A stretch of DNA of 64,000 bases, taken from IMG/VR virus record IMGVR_UViG_3300020204_000006; one strand, written 5' to 3'. Position 1 is the stretch's first letter. Each line of letters opens with the position of its first letter. Below are positions 62,778 to 64,000 of this stretch, in pieces. The notes beneath the pieces are model-generated. The model worked only from the letters and a program-made list of their open reading frames with translations. It was not told the origin of the DNA and did not search any database. Position numbers and translations under genes: made by a program. Source of the stretch: a virus.

Positions 62778-64000
62778 ATGTCAGTACTGTGCCGTCCAGA
62801 TGGTTCAATATCTTTTTCTGTTTCTGAGTCACTACTAAATACTAGTTTGACTCAAGGCGATATTATTATATTTAATAATAGGCCAGAAGGTCTTGAATTT
62901 ATCAAAGAATATGATTGTGACGGATTTTTAGAATCTAATTTTTTAAATTTATTGTCCAGCATAAATATTAGTGCCATAATAAAAGAAATTCATTTTGATT
63001 CCAATCATTTAGAAGTTATATTTATATCTGGCTTGGAAAAAGTTTCCTCTTTGTTGGGAATTAATAATTTATCTTTTTTCTGTCCAAGATTAAACCATGT
63101 TTATTATCTTTCTTCTACTTTGAAAGAAACATGTTTTTTGTCTTCTCGTAATAATATATGGGAAAAAAGATCAATATACGGCTCTCCGATATCTCCAAAT
63201 TTTAAAGTAGGAAGTGGCAAATACAATTTTGACAACTGCAACTTTTATTCTTTTGGATTTGAGAGTCACGAAAATCAATCAAAATCACATAACAATAAAT
63301 ATGTTCTTATATCAAATCAGCATGTCGTATATTCTTCTTTGGATCCTATTTCTTTTTTAGACGGGAATTTGTTTAAAGATCAATTTACTTGTGAATATGA
63401 TGAAATATACAGTAATTCTAAAAGAGAAAATATATTAAAAAAGGGAATTTACTTTGGTCAGTTTGTGTTTCCTTTTGAGGAATATTCTGATTCAAATATA
63501 AGAAGTTTCTTAAACCATATAAAAAAATATCAACCGTCTTTATATCAAAATGTTTACGATAACAATACTACTTTATCTGACAGGATTGATTTTTTCAAAA
63601 AACTTTTTGCTCCTAAAATTGTAAAGTTTTATTCTCCTAAGCTTAAAAGATACATAACAAGAAAAATTGTTATGTCTTTACCAGCTGAAAATTATTATAG
63701 AGAAAAATATGGGATTGATCATGGCATTTCTGGAGTTTGCGTTGGCCTTCTTGACAATCCTATAAGTATTTATGAAACTGGTATTAAACCAGTTGCCTTC
63801 CACTCTGAAGAATCTTCTTATCTAAACTTTTCTGAAAACAGAGAAGTATTTTACTTTGACAATCATTTGCGTTTAAGTTTTGCTGTGCCATCGAATAATT
63901 TTGGTGTATTCAAAACAAAAAATGATATGTCTTTAATGAAATCAAAGTATGTTGACATGTATGACGAATTTGGTTCATCTTATTTTGGTGAACTTGATAT
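62778..64000 (+). CDS. Hypothetical protein, 3'-truncated by the window (>=407 aa), not in the ORF track
   Basis: ATG at 62778 (MSVLCRPDGSISFSVSESLLNTSLTQGDII...) with no in-frame stop to base 64000 on manual translation. Confidence 0.85.
   Translation, partial: MSVLCRPDGSISFSVSESLLNTSLTQGDIIIFNNRPEGLEFIKEYDCDGFLESNFLNLLSSINISAIIKEIHFDSNHLEVIFISGLEKVSSLLGINNLSFFCPRLNHVYYLSSTLKETCFLSSRNNIWEKRSIYGSPISPNFKVGSGKYNFDNCNFYSFGFESHENQSKSHNNKYVLISNQHVVYSSLDPISFLDGNLFKDQFTCEYDEIYSNSKRENILKKGIYFGQFVFPFEEYSDSNIRSFLNHIKKYQPSLYQNVYDNNTTLSDRIDFFKKLFAPKIVKFYSPKLKRYITRKIVMSLPAENYYREKYGIDHGISGVCVGLLDNPISIYETGIKPVAFHSEESSYLNFSENREVFYFDNHLRLSFAVPSNNFGVFKTKNDMSLMKSKYVDMYDEFGSSYFGELD

Larger units (their letters stand above)
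1..64000 (+). mobile_element. Segment of a jumbo tailed phage genome: neck-tail-tail tip morphogenesis operon, probably non-contractile tail
   Basis: Canonical order adaptor - terminator - tube - chaperones - tape measure - hub - fibres. All credible genes are on + with very short gaps and ATGA/TAATG overlaps at 1602, 1889, 2311, 5354, 6939, 15031, 19638, 27544, 28620 and 41285. PhoH present. No host housekeeping genes or integrase. Confidence 0.9.

Noticed and set aside
1-64000. Stop-codon reassignment to explain the TAA at 62300
   Set aside because: TAA, TAG and TGA all end bona fide genes, and ORFs up to 11 kb are intact in the standard code.
1-64000. tRNA, rRNA, introns, inteins, IS elements
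   Set aside because: Almost no non-coding space. I saw no cloverleaf, HINT, homing endonuclease or transposase motifs by eye, and a tRNAscan/Infernal run would be needed to be certain.

Overview
The window is a nearly fully coding, AT-rich (roughly 30% GC by eye, not computed) segment in which all credible genes lie on the + strand, many with overlapping stop/start codons. It reads as the virion-morphogenesis operon of a very large tailed phage. Gene order: neck/adaptor genes, PhoH, a Zn-ribbon/coiled-coil/actin-fold ATPase cassette, Mu gp36-like adaptor, tail terminator, glycosyltransferase, tail tube, two chaperone-like genes, tape measure, and then about 45 kb (about 15,100 aa in ten proteins) of tail-tip/fibre genes. 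I see no sheath gene, integrase, tRNA, rRNA, CRISPR array or host flank. The most unusual items are: (1) a volactin-like actin homologue coupled into the neck genes; (2) a Phycisphaerales-style dockerin plus a 7-blade RCC1 propeller inserted between poly-Ser linkers in a 3706-aa tail protein; (3) two GT-B glycosyltransferases interleaved with structural genes that carry poly-Ser, SPPP and DPY motifs, suggesting virion glycosylation; (4) chaperone paralogues apparently replacing the usual G/GT frameshift; and (5) a DNRLRE-like gene broken by one TAA. The ORF track misses or truncates several genes (<1..600, 5178..5354, 62243..62665, 62778..>64000). All family assignments come from motifs recognised by eye and from memory. 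No database search was run.
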